A stretch of 61,297 nt of DNA, counting the filler, from Sphacelaria rigidula (Eukaryota), in assembly GCA_964200075.2 (NCBI GenBank). It is 8 parts of 8 records of this genome, joined end to end, with 100 filler letters (N's around TTAATTAATTAA, not from the genome) between each part and the next. Parts side by side here need not be neighbours in the genome. Positions count along the whole stretch, not along the records: positions 30,701 to 38,275 come from CAXNAA020014275.1; positions 38,376 to 45,949 come from CAXNAA020014276.1; positions 46,050 to 53,623 come from CAXNAA020014277.1; 5 more parts are not named here. One strand, written 5' to 3'. The first letter of the stretch is position 1. The number at the start of each line of letters is the position of its first letter. Shown here piece after piece: positions 36,248-48,227 of this stretch. The position numbers and the translations under genes were made by a program. The notes under the pieces were generated by a model that searched no databases, had not been told where the DNA came from, and was given only the letters and a program-made list of their open reading frames with translations.

Positions 36248-38217
36248 TGGTCCTGTCCTCAGACCTTCCGTATTGACAACGGTTAGGTGAAGCAGCAAGC
36301 GAATGAGGTTAGAGTGTCAAAGTAGAGTCGAAGGAGCCGACGGAGTCCGTGTTTCACACGCTGTACTGTTGTCTGTATTGTACAGTTGTAGTGTATGTAC
36401 TGATGCACTGTTATACTGTCTGCGCGTGTCTTTCTCAAAACCAAGGGCGCTTCTCCCCTCCTCCCAGTAATCGTGACCTTTAACAGACGACAAGCACAGA
36501 GTCCCCCCCCTGGATGATCGAGGTTTTCTCGCGGGATAATGGAGGAGAAATGTGTAGGACGATGTTTACTAACTACAACTACGTGTCTGCCAGACTGCAG
36601 CTTGCCCGGGTAAAGGGGGCGGTCCCTAGTACATCATTGAGAATTCATGAATATTCTTGCTAGACTTTGACACCACGGAGGGTACCCAGCTGCCATGGTG
36701 TCTGTATAAGCAGATAGGTATATCACACCGATCGCCGACCTTCAATTGAGTTTATACCAAGAGAGACAAACAAAGAGATAGAGGAGGAGGAGCAGGAGAG
36801 AGAGAAAGGGAGGAAAGACGACGGAGTCGCAGACGGAGAGGAAGGGAAAGAAAGAGGTGGGTGCAATAGTGCCTTGTGTTCTAGCTTCTCGCCTTTGTTT
36901 ATAGGTGTGAGTACAATAAAATTCGCAGAACATTTTTCGGTATCATGTACAGTGTGTATCGTGATGTCTACCAAGAAAGCAGAGAAAAATGCTCTCCGTC
37001 AGGGGAAGCTAATGGACTTGAGTACCCTCCGTCCCTTGCCTGTGTTGTGCTACCTAGGGAAGCAGGTTAAGAAAGGGGTACTTTTCGTGGCCAAGATCTC
37101 CGCTTCTGTTGGCGAATAATGTCTGATGGGAATGCCGCGCTCAGAAAGCGCCTTGATGTCGTGGTGAAGACCGGAGAAAATCGCTTTTGTGCAGACTGCG
37201 GAAAGCGGGGTGAGCCTCTCCGTGCAATGTTGTGTAGCATATGTTTCTAGCGTCTTGACTGCTATCTTCTGCTGTCGTGACCGAAGTGATGAAATGTCTC
37301 CCTGTATTCCGCCTCGAAATCGCTAGTTGGCGAGCATTCATTATCTATCTCTGCAATTAACCTCAAGGCTTCGGCGCACAACACCCGATCGCGGTTGGTA
37401 TAAAAACAGGCTGTGGTCAGTGTGGTTGATTCTCGGTCTAACTTTGGTTTGTATGCCACAAACTCAACAGCGGAGCATTTGTGTTTCCCAACAATGTAAC
37501 ACTAGTAGTAGTACCTGTATTATAGTGCAGATGTGCAGGCAACAGTAGTAGCACACTTCGTGTAGAGAGTAGTGCAATACATCAGTGCGACATGGTGCGA
37601 GACAAACATCCATGTTGGCATGTGGAGAAATCGCCCCCCTCCAGTTCTACATAACACGGTGGGCTTTCGACTGATGTACACGTGGTACCAGTATAGTGCA
37701 ACCATAGCACCAAGTTTGGTCTGTCTCCGCTCTCCGCTTCCAAATGTAGTCGTTGTGTGTAAGCCGGTTATCTCCAATGTACTTTCTGATTTTCTCACGG
37801 ATCGACATTTCACATTTTTTCTCGATTTGAATTTCACGTGCATGTTCGTCATGTGCAAGATTTGTTTGTTCAATCCTAAATAGATCCCAATTCTCGAGGA
37901 TAATTTTAGTTCGTTCCCCTTTGGAGTCTCAGAAGGAGCGGTTCACTAAGAGCTCCTTTCTCATGGAAGGATTAGCGGTACGGTATTGTACTGGAAAGGC
38001 GAGCCTGCGTCTGTAACCACGGGTTCGAGATATCGATCTATTGTGCAGAAACAAAAAATAGTAATGAAGATGACAATCGGTTACGCCCACTTTTTTTACA
38101 CCCATTTTCACTTTGAGCTTCGTTTCGGAACATTTTCATCTGCTGACAGCTCAGGAGCGGTCCATATCATATCTCATAATATCATAAATCACATGAGGGT
38201 ATTATGACAAAATCACG

Positions 38218-38256
<39 letters not shown>

Positions 38257-38275
38257 CGCAGCGACCCCACACACC

Positions 38276-38375
38276 NNNNNNNNNNNNNNNNNNNNNNNNN
38301 NNNNNNNNNNNNNNNNNNNTTAATTAATTAANNNNNNNNNNNNNNNNNNNNNNNNNNNNNNNNNNNNNNNNNNNN
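38276..38375. other. Artificial contig linker
   Basis: N44-TTAATTAATTAA-N44. Confidence 0.98.
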
Positions 38376-38940
38376 TGACTATGGCATGCAGGATCATGAG
38401 TACACCCCCTCCCCCCCTCCCCCCCCCTCCTCCCTACAGGATTGAGGTCGGTTGGCAACGACGCTGTAAAACACGCTACTCACCCCGTAAGCTACGCAAC
38501 CAGGTTACCGTTCGTTTCTCGCTTGCGTTTTTGCGTTGGCCATAATGGTGGTCGAGTTAGATCATTTTGTGGGGGGTGGAGAGATCCTCCACTCCGTGCA
38601 CAGAGGATGATCGTACTACGCGGTGTTTTAGAAGTGAAACACCTATGACGCAATGTAACCAGTGGCTGTCTCTGGAAGTGGCGATACCAGAAAATGAATA
38701 AACTCATCGTAGGCTGTCATTTATATGCGAGACACTTCGTGCGTTTCGGGTACAACAAACTGAGCAGGATCAAGCTCACCCCGCATGCGACTCGCCGAAT
38801 ACACCACGGCGGTTCGCGCTTGGTGATCGCGAGCCTCGTTGGGCGAAAACCCGGCGTTCTCCCTCTCGGCTTTGTGGCTATGCAAGGTCAATGGCCATAT
38901 GACTACGGCATGCAGGATCATGAGACCTTCCCCCCCTCCC
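38376..38940 (+). mobile_element. Two head-to-tail copies of the poly(C)-tailed repeat (tail fragment 38376-38433; ~500-bp copy 38435-38940)
   Basis: gatcatgagtacaccccc and a C-rich tract, then the repeat body ending gatcatgagaccttccccccc. Confidence 0.85.
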
Positions 38941-40656
38941 CTCTTCACCTTCTGGCCTTTGAAGATATATTTTACACAGCGGCCGACCGCTCTACAAATA
39001 GTACACAGGCCTCCGCAAGTGGCTGCACTACGTGCAAGAGTAATCCCACGTACACTAACAGCTAATTAAGTGAACTCAAGGTGAACTGGTCTCTTCCTAC
39101 GCCCCCCATAAAAGGGTGCTGCGCGGTCTCCACGCAACTCCATAACTTAGCCGTCTTACCGGTGCTCTTCAATCACTACATCAGTTTGATCTCTGTGACT
39201 CGGGGTTAACTCGTACCAACATATTGACACCAATGTGCGTCCTCGCCCCGAGAGTTCGGTAGCAAACTCTTAACATGTGAACCAACTTCAGTTTCAGAGA
39301 TGTGATTCTCTCTAGCAACCAATTACGAGGATTTAGAGTACCCCCCATCGCCCTTTTTCTCAAGGTTGGCTTGTTGAAGATTTTCGGACGTCGCGCAGTT
39401 TTCTACCTCTGATATGCCACCTCTTGTGTGAGGATTGCATTTTCGACTTCGGAGATCAGCCAGAGGACCACAGTTTTTGCCAATTTTGCGTTGCATACCC
39501 GCACTACCTACTACTTACTGAAGTTTGAAAACTTCTTCTTCACAACCCGTATCATCGCAAGAGTAGGAACAGGACAATTCGTAACGGTTCAAGTCAAAGG
39601 TTATGGCATACAGAGCTGATCTGTACGCTCTGTATGTCATGACCTGTGGTTCAGGTACAACCGTTTCGATCTACTGCTTAGCATAGTTGGTGCAACGAAG
39701 TACATGAAAGTCGAGTACAAAGAGGCACCTAGCAGCGACTGTATAGTTTGTAGCACAGAAATATCTATAGTAACGTAGGGATTGACTCGCAGGGAGCGTA
39801 ATTGTAGGGTTTGTACGAAGAGTTCCAAGTACAGTACAGTTGAACATACGAGCCTATAGCATGGAGAGTTGGACGTGCAGATTTGCAGGGACAAGGAGTT
39901 TGTTTTTGCTGAGAGTTTTATGACGTGATAGGGATTGCAGTTGCTGAGCTGTTTCGGGATACAGGCTGGCGGGTACGATGAGTATGTATATATTTATATA
40001 TATATATATATATATGGCGAAAAAATGAGCGCCCAACTGATCAACTGCACACCAGCTGTGTGGCTTCGGAAACAAGTACTTAATTGTCGCCATTGGATGT
40101 TAGATGGCGTGGAACTATACTGTCCGAGGATGGAAATCACTATGTACTTGAAGCTTGAAGTAGCTTTGTGACGCACAAGGTTTTGAGTTATGACTCTGAG
40201 TGGTGACATATCTTTGGGGCCCGATGGCAAGTCTCTGTAGGAGCCCCTCGGTCGCACTCTATCGCCGTTACTTTGATTTCAACAGTTCAGTAGAGATGAG
40301 TCAAAACTCTTCTTGCAGCGTCTGACATCTCTGCTGCACATTCAGCTGTTTCCTGCTTCGGCGACTGGGCCCTCGAGAACAAAAACTAGTCAGATAGTTC
40401 TTGAGTATATGATATAGTTTGATTTGATCCTGCTACTACATCTACATGAGCATTGTTAGAAAACACTCCCAGCTCACACCTCGCATGCTTGCAGCAGTCA
40501 AGGCTTTGATCCTGGGAAGGCATCACTCCTCTGTCTTTGGGCAGAAAGGGTGACAGCCCTACCACATTGCAGTTTACAGCTCGTGCTGGTCCGTACTGCA
40601 GTCACCCTCCTCCAACTATTTTCCCAGTTCCCTGTTGTAAGAAGGGACTGGGTGTC

Positions 40657-40742
40657 TTGTGCTCGTTCGATGGATTTCACCACTATACCAAGCAGTCAGC
40701 GCCGACTACTTGGTCTGGTGGTGAAATCCATCGAACGAACAA
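40657..40742. repeat. 86-bp near-perfect palindrome; shorter relative at 42334-42376
   Basis: cgttcgatggatttcaccactataccaagcagtcag-cg-ccgactacttggtctggtggtgaaatccatcgaacg. Confidence 0.85.
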
Positions 40743-41375
40743 AATGAGTGCTCTGGACTCGAAAGCCCCTCGACGCGATCCTCTGGGTACCCCCTCGCCA
40801 ACGCTGCAACGTACAAGATCCAGTGTTTCTTACGTATTTCTTTTACTATGGGAAAGACCTATCCAGCCTCCAGGGGAACCTACGTGCACCAGGGGCTGTT
40901 CCGCACAAAGGAAGACGGCGGAAATGATATGACTGCGGTGTAGAGGTGAACGATGCGTACGATTGGGACACTGCGGCGAAGAACATGGGCAAATGGCGTA
41001 TTGGAGTCGAAAAGGGAGGGGAGTAGTTTGAGGACACGTGGCGACGCGCGAACAAACGAGAGTTTGACCACCGTCACAAACGAGAGGCTGCTGCATAGAG
41101 GGCTTCCAATCGAAGAATCCTGTCTGCTCATATCGGTTGTTGATTGTGTCCTTAGTCGGTGGCTCTGCGGCAACCCCTGGTGTGTGTCTGTATTTACCCT
41201 GCTGCCCTGAATTCTTTGGGCCTCACTGCTGTATGCTCCCTCCCTCTCCTTCATCTCCCCCACATTTTTTTCCATGTAGGGTTCTTTGCTGCTGGTGTAT
41301 GGCAGAGCAGTGTGGCACCTCGCTTCATTGTGTTTCTTCGTGGACGAGAGGACCCACAGCCAAAATTAAGCATCA

Positions 41376-41823
41376 CTTCCTCTGTCCCATACGTCTGGTC
41401 GGTTATGTTTGTACGGGCCCTTAACGATGTCCGATCGTTTTTTTTCTCTAATGAACTTTACGGTGTTTTTGGGATTAAGAAAATGTGTTTAAAATTTGCA
41501 GCTCGTGCTTGAACCATGCCACCGAACGGCTGCAAGTAAGGTGGTCAGCCCAAAAAATGGGCGTTTTTTGCCCCTTTCCGAGGGAAAAAGTGTCGGTTTT
41601 TTTTCAACCGCGTGTGGCGTCCTGGCAGCTGCTGCCCCAGTGAAGGCGGGGGCAATTAAAATAAAATCAAGAATAACGACACTTTTTTTCCCCTCAGAAA
41701 GGGGCAAAAAACGGCCATCTTTGGGCCGACTATTTGTTTTGCAGCCGTTCGGCGGCATGGTTTAAGCACGAGCTGCAACTTCCAAACACATTTTCTTAAC
41801 CCCAAAAACACCGTAGCATTCTT

Positions 41824-41880
<57 letters not shown>

Positions 41881-41931
41881 CGTTTAGGGCCCGTACAAAC
41901 ATAACCGACCAGACTTATGGGACAGAGGAAG
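41376..41931. mobile_element. Stowaway-like (Tc1/mariner) MITE, outer element, ~55-bp TIRs
   Basis: CTTCCTCTGTCCCATA...TATGGGACAGAGGAAG flanked by CA and TA; contains (CA)n at ~41827-41878. Confidence 0.8.
41461..41813. mobile_element. Inner MITE with ~140-bp TIRs and a perfect TA target duplication
   Basis: TA|cggtgtttttggg...cccaaaaacaccg|TA. Confidence 0.85.
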
Positions 41932-42840
41932 TAGTAGATGAGTTGCAACATTTTCCTTCCCATGGCCTTCGTTTTCTACGACTGGGTATGAGTGTGGTTC
42001 TGCGCAAGACCTTATACGCCGGAGCCATATGGGAGAGACCGGCCGTTTTCTTTTCTGTTCTTTTCTTTCCTCTTTATTTCTTTTCTTGTATATACGTCTT
42101 GGTCTACTAAAATATTGTTCTGTACCAGTTGTTCTTGGTTCTTTTTCTCCAGCGAGTCTTAAAGTTAGGTTTTGTCTTGGGTACTTTGGGTACGTCTATC
42201 ATGTGACCACGGCTGGACCCCTGAAAGGTTCATTACAGTGCGACAATCAATCAATCAGTCCTTTCAACTTCATGGAAAGAATTGGTCGCACCGAAAATCA
42301 AACTCGGGTCCATTTCTACGGAAGAAGGATATCCACCACTAGACAGAGTTGTCAGCGCTGACTCCTTGGTCTAGTGTGGCGAAGTTCCTCTGTCGAACTC
42401 GGCAATTTGTTTTCAAAATGTCAAAAGAAATGGAAAGATCTTTTCCACAGTCGAGGACAGACGTCAGAGGAACTGATTGAACATTTCAAGCATGATTTGT
42501 TTCGCAGCAAAATCACATTAGTTCCCATATACAGAACGCTGGAGCAATCGACCATCCTGTACACTCTTGAGTACATTCAAATGGATTTCGAGGGTCGTAC
42601 AACTCGAGGCTATTGACTAGGTAGATACCCACATCGGTCCAGAGCCCTCTTGAACACAGTAGACACCTGCAAGACGAAACTCTGTTGGCCAGGCAACGGA
42701 AAATTGTCAGCATGACCCTAGATCCAAAAATACAGCTCAACCCCCGACAGTGAAGTGTTCTGCCCGTGCTGATGAAGACCTCCGAAGAGCACAAAACTGA
42801 ACTCCAGTCACGGCTACACCTTTTATGCCATTTTCTTCTT

Positions 42841-42850
42841 NNNNNNNNNN
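42841..42850. other. 10-N scaffold gap with a duplicated 70-bp flank (42696-42765 vs 42851-42920)
   Basis: acggaaaattgtcagcatgaccctagatcc... is repeated with 2 mismatches. Confidence 0.9.
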
Positions 42851-42999
42851 ACGGAAAATTGTCAGCATGACCCTAGATCCAAAAATACCGCCCAACCCCC
42901 GACAGTGAAGTGTTCTGCCCTCGCTTACCCCCCCCCCCCCCGGAAAAAGAAGGGCTCACTCTGCAGTAAGCACAATAAGGGTACCGAATTCACTGTCAT

Positions 43000-43850
43000 T
43001 CAGTCGTCACGATATGGGAGAAACAATACCCCTCTCTGTGCTGAGGACTGGCTCTTGTGACGTGAAGCTATGAAACTGCTGTATACATGGTGAGGAAAAT
43101 CGGTTGGGTCCGTCCTGTAAAATCGTTGACCTCGATCGAAGAGTTGTCCACCCTGGAGGATGTCTGCTGAACACTGGGTACGTGGGACCGCTTCGTCATT
43201 CATAATGGAGGTTCACAAGATCTCTTTTCACGGCCTTTTGTATCCAACAACTGGGCACGAGTGCGGTTGTGCGCAAGATCTCTTCCATCGAAGCCGTGTG
43301 GCAGAGACCCGCCACTTCTATTTTTCGTTTCTTTTTTCCCCTTTTTTCTCCCTTCTTCCATCATCCCTCCCCGTAGTCTCCTACGTTGTTCTGTTGTACT
43401 TCATGTGTTTCTTATTTTTTCGTCAGCGGGTTTTCCAGTTTTTGTTTGTCTCGGGTACTGTCTATCTTGTGGACAATGAGCACGGCTGGGTCATGACTAC
43501 CTGGGGGGGCAGTAAAAGTGCGACACTCAAGAACAAATCGATCAATCAAAGGGCATATAAACGGGTCAGGGCCATACTACTGAAGCGTAATTTGTGATGG
43601 AGTCATACCCATAGACTCTCCAGTATTTGGATACCGGTGATTCTTAATAACACTCAGTCGAATATATATATATTTGTGCGGTAAAGTAAGGGCTGTAATG
43701 AGAGGGTGGGAATTTCTCGTGTAAAATACACCCCCAGCAGGATACGGATACAAAGATGAGTAGAAGTTATCGCAGCCGAACTTAGTGCATGACCGATGAA
43801 AACCCGGCGTTATCGCTCCGTCAAGAGTTTGGAGGGACATGACGGGTCAA
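43000..43850 (-). pseudogene. Highly decayed RTE-like LINE RT C-terminal remnant, interrupted by an (ATCA)n-tailed insertion (~43310-43550)
   Basis: Fragments VFYTRN...IYIRLSV...GESM and MEEILRTT...MNDEAVPR...GG...RGQ occur in the expected order. Confidence 0.45.
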
Positions 43851-44044
43851 TACCGAAAGACTAAGGCGCGTGCTATCTTGAGCGCACGCCCCTTGAGAAT
43901 CTCTGGGAGTCGATGCGAGCATGTTCGTTTAAATGAAAGAACAGCACAGTACGCCAAATATACTGCAAACCGTGCCGAGTACGGAAAATGTGACATACTC
44001 TGTGAGAAGGCTTCGTTTTCACGGCCTAAGATTATCCCAGTTAA

Positions 44045-45094
44045 CCCCTTGGGGACCGGGCCTCCAGAACGACCAATGCGGCTAGTTAGGAATCACGTGT
44101 AACTGGCGTCTGCACGAACCAGTAGCTTTGTGTGAAATTCCACGCTTGTAACCGCCGCGTGCAGCGTCAGGAGGAAGACCGAAATTTTTCATCCAATCTA
44201 TTTTCAGGTGCAGATACAAACTGCCATTCGGATGGGGTGCGCATTAGGCGATGTACATCTGATAAACGAGCACTATGAGTCGCCGTAGAGAGCTTTCAAC
44301 AGGATGCAGCGACCGGCGGGCCGCTCGCCACTTGTGGCTTTGGATAATACCACTGTCCACATCACCTTGCCACACAGCCCTTTGTAGTCGGGGAGGGCCG
44401 CGAATTTTCCTCTTTGTTGCAAGAGGCATTTTCTCTTCGAAGGGTATGGGCGTTGCGGCGCACATACATGCAGTACAGTGCAGTAAGCATCTCCGATTGC
44501 AGCAGCAGCTACCGCTGTGTACTCCCTTGCACGTTTTGGGCATTTCTCAGCGACGGAGATCAGCTGCCTATGCACAGCTTGTTCCTCCCCGCCCACTACA
44601 TACATGTTCACAGTGTTCTGCAAGTCATCGGCAGAGGGATAAGCAAAGTTCATGACGGTAGCTCCTATCTTTCAACGGCCCACCTGGGTTTAGTGCCTCG
44701 TGAAAACGGCAACATTGTGGCATGTACACTCCTTTCCGGTTTTTCTCACTCCACCCTGTGTCAGTGTAATTACTACGTTTTAGTAGAGACTGGCGACTCC
44801 AAAAAACTCCCGTGAAATCCCGGGAACGCTATACTGAATGCAAGTAATACGAGGAGCCATGCTCCGAGCATCCTGGATCTGCACACCTGGGAAGGCTTGT
44901 CTGGGCCAGGGATGGGGCCCCCGCACGATCTTTGCAGTGACATCACACTCGGTAACAGTCCCCGCGCTGGTCGTTCCGGTCTGGTCGATAAATTTCGCCT
45001 CGCTGTGATTGGGCAGGTTGCTTCCTGACTTTTTTTCATTGTTTCACTGACATATGTTCAACCCCGTGTTAGTGGGGGGTCGGTCCCAAAAGGG
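44045..45094. mobile_element. Non-autonomous piggyBac-like element, 1,050 bp
   Basis: TTAA|ccccttggggaccg...cggtcccaaaaggg|TTAA: TTAA duplication, CCC/GGG ends, 14-bp imperfect TIR. Confidence 0.75.
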
Positions 45095-45220
45095 TTAAAG
45101 CCCCTCATTCTCGATGTTAAAATAGCGTCACTTAAAGTGACGAGTTAGCACGTAGACCACCAGATGACTTGAGCTAAATGGCACTTCTGCTTCGTCATGG
45201 GAACACCTCAACGTCGACGT

Positions 45221-45820
45221 GGAGGGGGGGTGATACTCATGATCTTGCATGCCGTAGTCCCAAGGCCATTGACCTCGCACCCCTACAAGGCTAGGACGGA
45301 GCACACCGAGTTTTCACCGGATAAGGCTTGCAATCACACAGCACGAAGCGCCGTGATGTGTACGGTGAGTCGCATGAAAGGTGAGCTGCGTCCTGCTACG
45401 ATTGTTCGGCCCGAATCCTACTGATTGTCGTGCATATGGATGGTAGCCTCGAACAAGTTGCTTCATTTTCTGGTATCGCCACTTCCAGAGACAGCCACGG
45501 GTCACATACTGCCTCATGGGTGTCTCACCATTGAACCGTTGAACCGCGAGGGCGGTCCATCTGGATAATTCATACGTTTTTCAAGTGTCTCAACAGACTA
45601 CCGTCTTTCGCTGTCCTAGTGTTAAACCCTTCGTAGTATGACAATCCCCTATGCGCGGAGTTGAGGTTCTCCACGTCGCAAAATACGATCCAAATCGACC
45701 ACTGTCATGGTTACCACAAAGGAGAACGCAACTGAGTAAAAAAAACGGCGACCTGGTTGCCTGGCTTACACAGTGACTGGCGTGTTTTACAGCATCGTTG
45801 CCAACCGACGCCAACCCTCA
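45221..45820 (-). mobile_element. Long copy of the poly(C)-tailed repeat, followed by stacked ~15-bp tail fragments (45843-45890)
   Basis: Begins gggggtgatactcatgatcttgcatgcc; gtggagggggg(g)tg occurs at 45219 and 45840 as a candidate TSD. Confidence 0.85.
45536..45621. mobile_element. Mini piggyBac-like MITE inserted into the poly(C)-tailed repeat
   Basis: Absent from other copies of the host repeat; TGAA|ccgttgaaccgcga...tcgctgtcctagtg|TTAA. Confidence 0.65.
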
Positions 45821-45949
45821 AAGGGGGGGTGACGGGGGAGTGGAGGGGGGTGTACTCATGTTCATGGGGGCGTGCTCATGTTCATGGGGGGGGGGGGGGG
45901 GGGGGTGGGGGGGGAGGGGGGGGGGGGGGAGGAGGGCGGGAGACATACG

Positions 45950-46049
45950 NNNNNNNNNNNNNNNNNNNNNNNNNNNNNNNNNNNNNNNNNNNNTTAATTA
46001 ATTAANNNNNNNNNNNNNNNNNNNNNNNNNNNNNNNNNNNNNNNNNNNN
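45950..46049. other. Artificial contig linker
   Basis: N44-TTAATTAATTAA-N44. Confidence 0.98.
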
Positions 46050-46176
46050 GATCTGTTCGGCCCGAAGCCTACTGATGATCTTGCATTTGGATGACAGCCA
46101 AAAATGAGTTGCTTTATTTTCTGGTATCGCAACTTTCAGAGACAGCCACGACTTTTACACTGCCTCATGGGTGTCC
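46050..46176 (-). mobile_element. Internal fragment of the poly(C)-tailed repeat at contig start
   Basis: tgttcggcccgaagcctactgat...ctggtatcgc...tgcctcatgggtgtc. Confidence 0.85.
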
Positions 46177-47835
46177 AACCGGGGGGGAAGTTATTGACCT
46201 CGCGGGAGGGTGAAGTTTGTTGCCGTACCAGGTATTGCTTGATCATTGCTGTATGTCCATTGCCGACTTTTTCATGTTGCCCATCGAGATGTGGAGCTGG
46301 AAGAGCGTAGTTATGTCCGACGTGTCACTTGATGTCTCACAGGATGGTACAGCAGACACGAGTGGAACCATGGACATTTTGTGGGGTTGGGTACTAAAGC
46401 AGCACGTACTGCCAGCTCTTAGGAATTGGCCACTTTCTAATAACTGACGAACGGGCAGCCAGTGCCGCCAGTATATACACGATTTACGTACGTCCCACAA
46501 TACGCCACAAAACCCAGTGGAAACCCATCCAAATTTCGCCGCCACGCCGCCTCAAAGGAGAGAACACACACCACACACACCACACACACCATACAGCAGG
46601 AGACCATTGGAACGATGCAAACGTTTTTTCACGTCGGGCAGTCCGCCGGCAGCAGACCCCGGCGGTGGTGGTACCGCGGGGCCTGCTGCGTCAGCAGTTC
46701 AACTGTTGCACCCGCTACGTCAGCAGATGCGGTGTTGATAGACGTTCAGGGCTGCTGTGTCTTTCGTTTTGGTTTTTATATGAGAAGTTGTCCTATGATC
46801 AATAATAAAAAGTGCTCATGCCTTGTGCCGTTGAGGGCTACTATAGACCTGCTCTCTCCATCTTTTACTCGGAAGTCCGAAGTACTCTGTACTTGCTTAG
46901 ACTAAAGGCACACCATACGCCCCAACTACAACGAATCACGTGCGAGCCTCGCCACGATGCTGGAGTTGAGGAGCATCGCAGCATATGTGGCACATTTATT
47001 ATTTTCTATTTTTAAATTTCCCTTGAGTTGAAAACAATTCATTTGGGCGTGGTACTAGACGTTGTCTCTCAAAATAGTGCCTCCTAGGTTGGTCAAAAAC
47101 CACTCGGTTTTCAGGCTACAGTGAAGCCAAATCGCGTTAAAAAGCGCCTCCGACAGGGCGCCTCCCCGGCGGGCCCCCCTCACCAACCAGGGGGGGTGTA
47201 CTCATGGGGGGGGGGGGGGTTGGTCGCGGATACGCCGCGATCACTCGGCTTCGCCGCGCAACCAGTGTACTGGTCGGATCCAGAATACCGGCTAGCTGCG
47301 CTCGTACCCGACCCTAACCTTTGGTAATGTTTTTGATTGCTCAACACTTCTTGGTTGACGGCGGATACGATGCTGTGTGAGTCGCGACGAAGTATTGCCG
47401 ATACGCTGGCGATACCAGTGTTCGAGACGGGGGGAAAGGCGGTTAGGTTGTAGCTTATTGCTGTATGATGTATACCGTAAATGTGCGCACCATCAAGGCC
47501 GCGTACGATGTTTTTGAAAAGGTGAAGTTCTCCCTGATATTGGGTTCAGACGTGCGATGACTCTGAGTCCGGTTCGATAATGGAACAAAATCGCTCGCTT
47601 TGTGATTTCTGAAGCGCGCCCGCGTGGAATGACACCGGCCCACACGCTACTGAATGACTGTACAGCGGCTTTACCGCACTGCTGGTGGATTCAGGTCTCG
47701 GGTATACTTCTCACACCATTATTACGTGTATGCACCAGAGTATTTGCGCACCGAGGCACAAAAAATAAAACACGCAGAAGCATACATGCATGCCCACGAG
47801 CAACGTGTTACGCCCGAGTATTTTGAATACGGTCG

Positions 47836-48227
47836 ACACTATTTTCGTGAGATTCAGAGTGTAGTTTCAGATTCAGAGCCAGAGCCAGGATTTCAAACGG
47901 AAGAACTTTTTTCTTGGTAGTCGATTCTTATGCGAAACAGTTCGCGTCACTTACCAACCAACATTGGAGGCTGTGAAAACACGCACGTTCATTACTCGGA
48001 TTGGTTGATTAGTGACGCGAACTGTTTCGCATAAGAATCGACCACAGAGAAAACAGTTCTTCCGTTTGAAATTCGTGTTTTCACAGCCTCCAATGTTGGT
48101 TGGTTAGTGACGCGAACTGTTTCGCATAAGAATCGACGACAAAGAAAACAGTTCTTCCGTTTGAAATCCTGGATCTGGCTCTGGCTCTGAATCTGAAACT
48201 ACACTCTGAATCTCACGAATATAGTGT
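47836..48227. mobile_element. Fold-back element with ~150-bp arms and an extra partial right arm (48001-48072)
   Basis: acactattttcgtgagattcagagtgtagtttcagattcagagcc... pairs with ...ggctctgaatctgaaactacactctgaatctcacgaatatagtgt. Confidence 0.85.

Noticed and set aside
38694-39065. Recurrent peptide-like frame in the poly(C) element (GQWxYDYGMxDHEY)
   Set aside because: Similar translations simply reflect DNA homology; copies carry stops and frameshifts and no domain is recognisable.
39640-39850. CxxC...RRxxNCRVC, FYVE-like
   Set aside because: Contains an in-frame stop and lacks the HHCRxCG core; too weak.
42696-42920. 70-bp duplication
   Set aside because: It straddles a 10-N gap and is probably a scaffolding or haplotype artefact.
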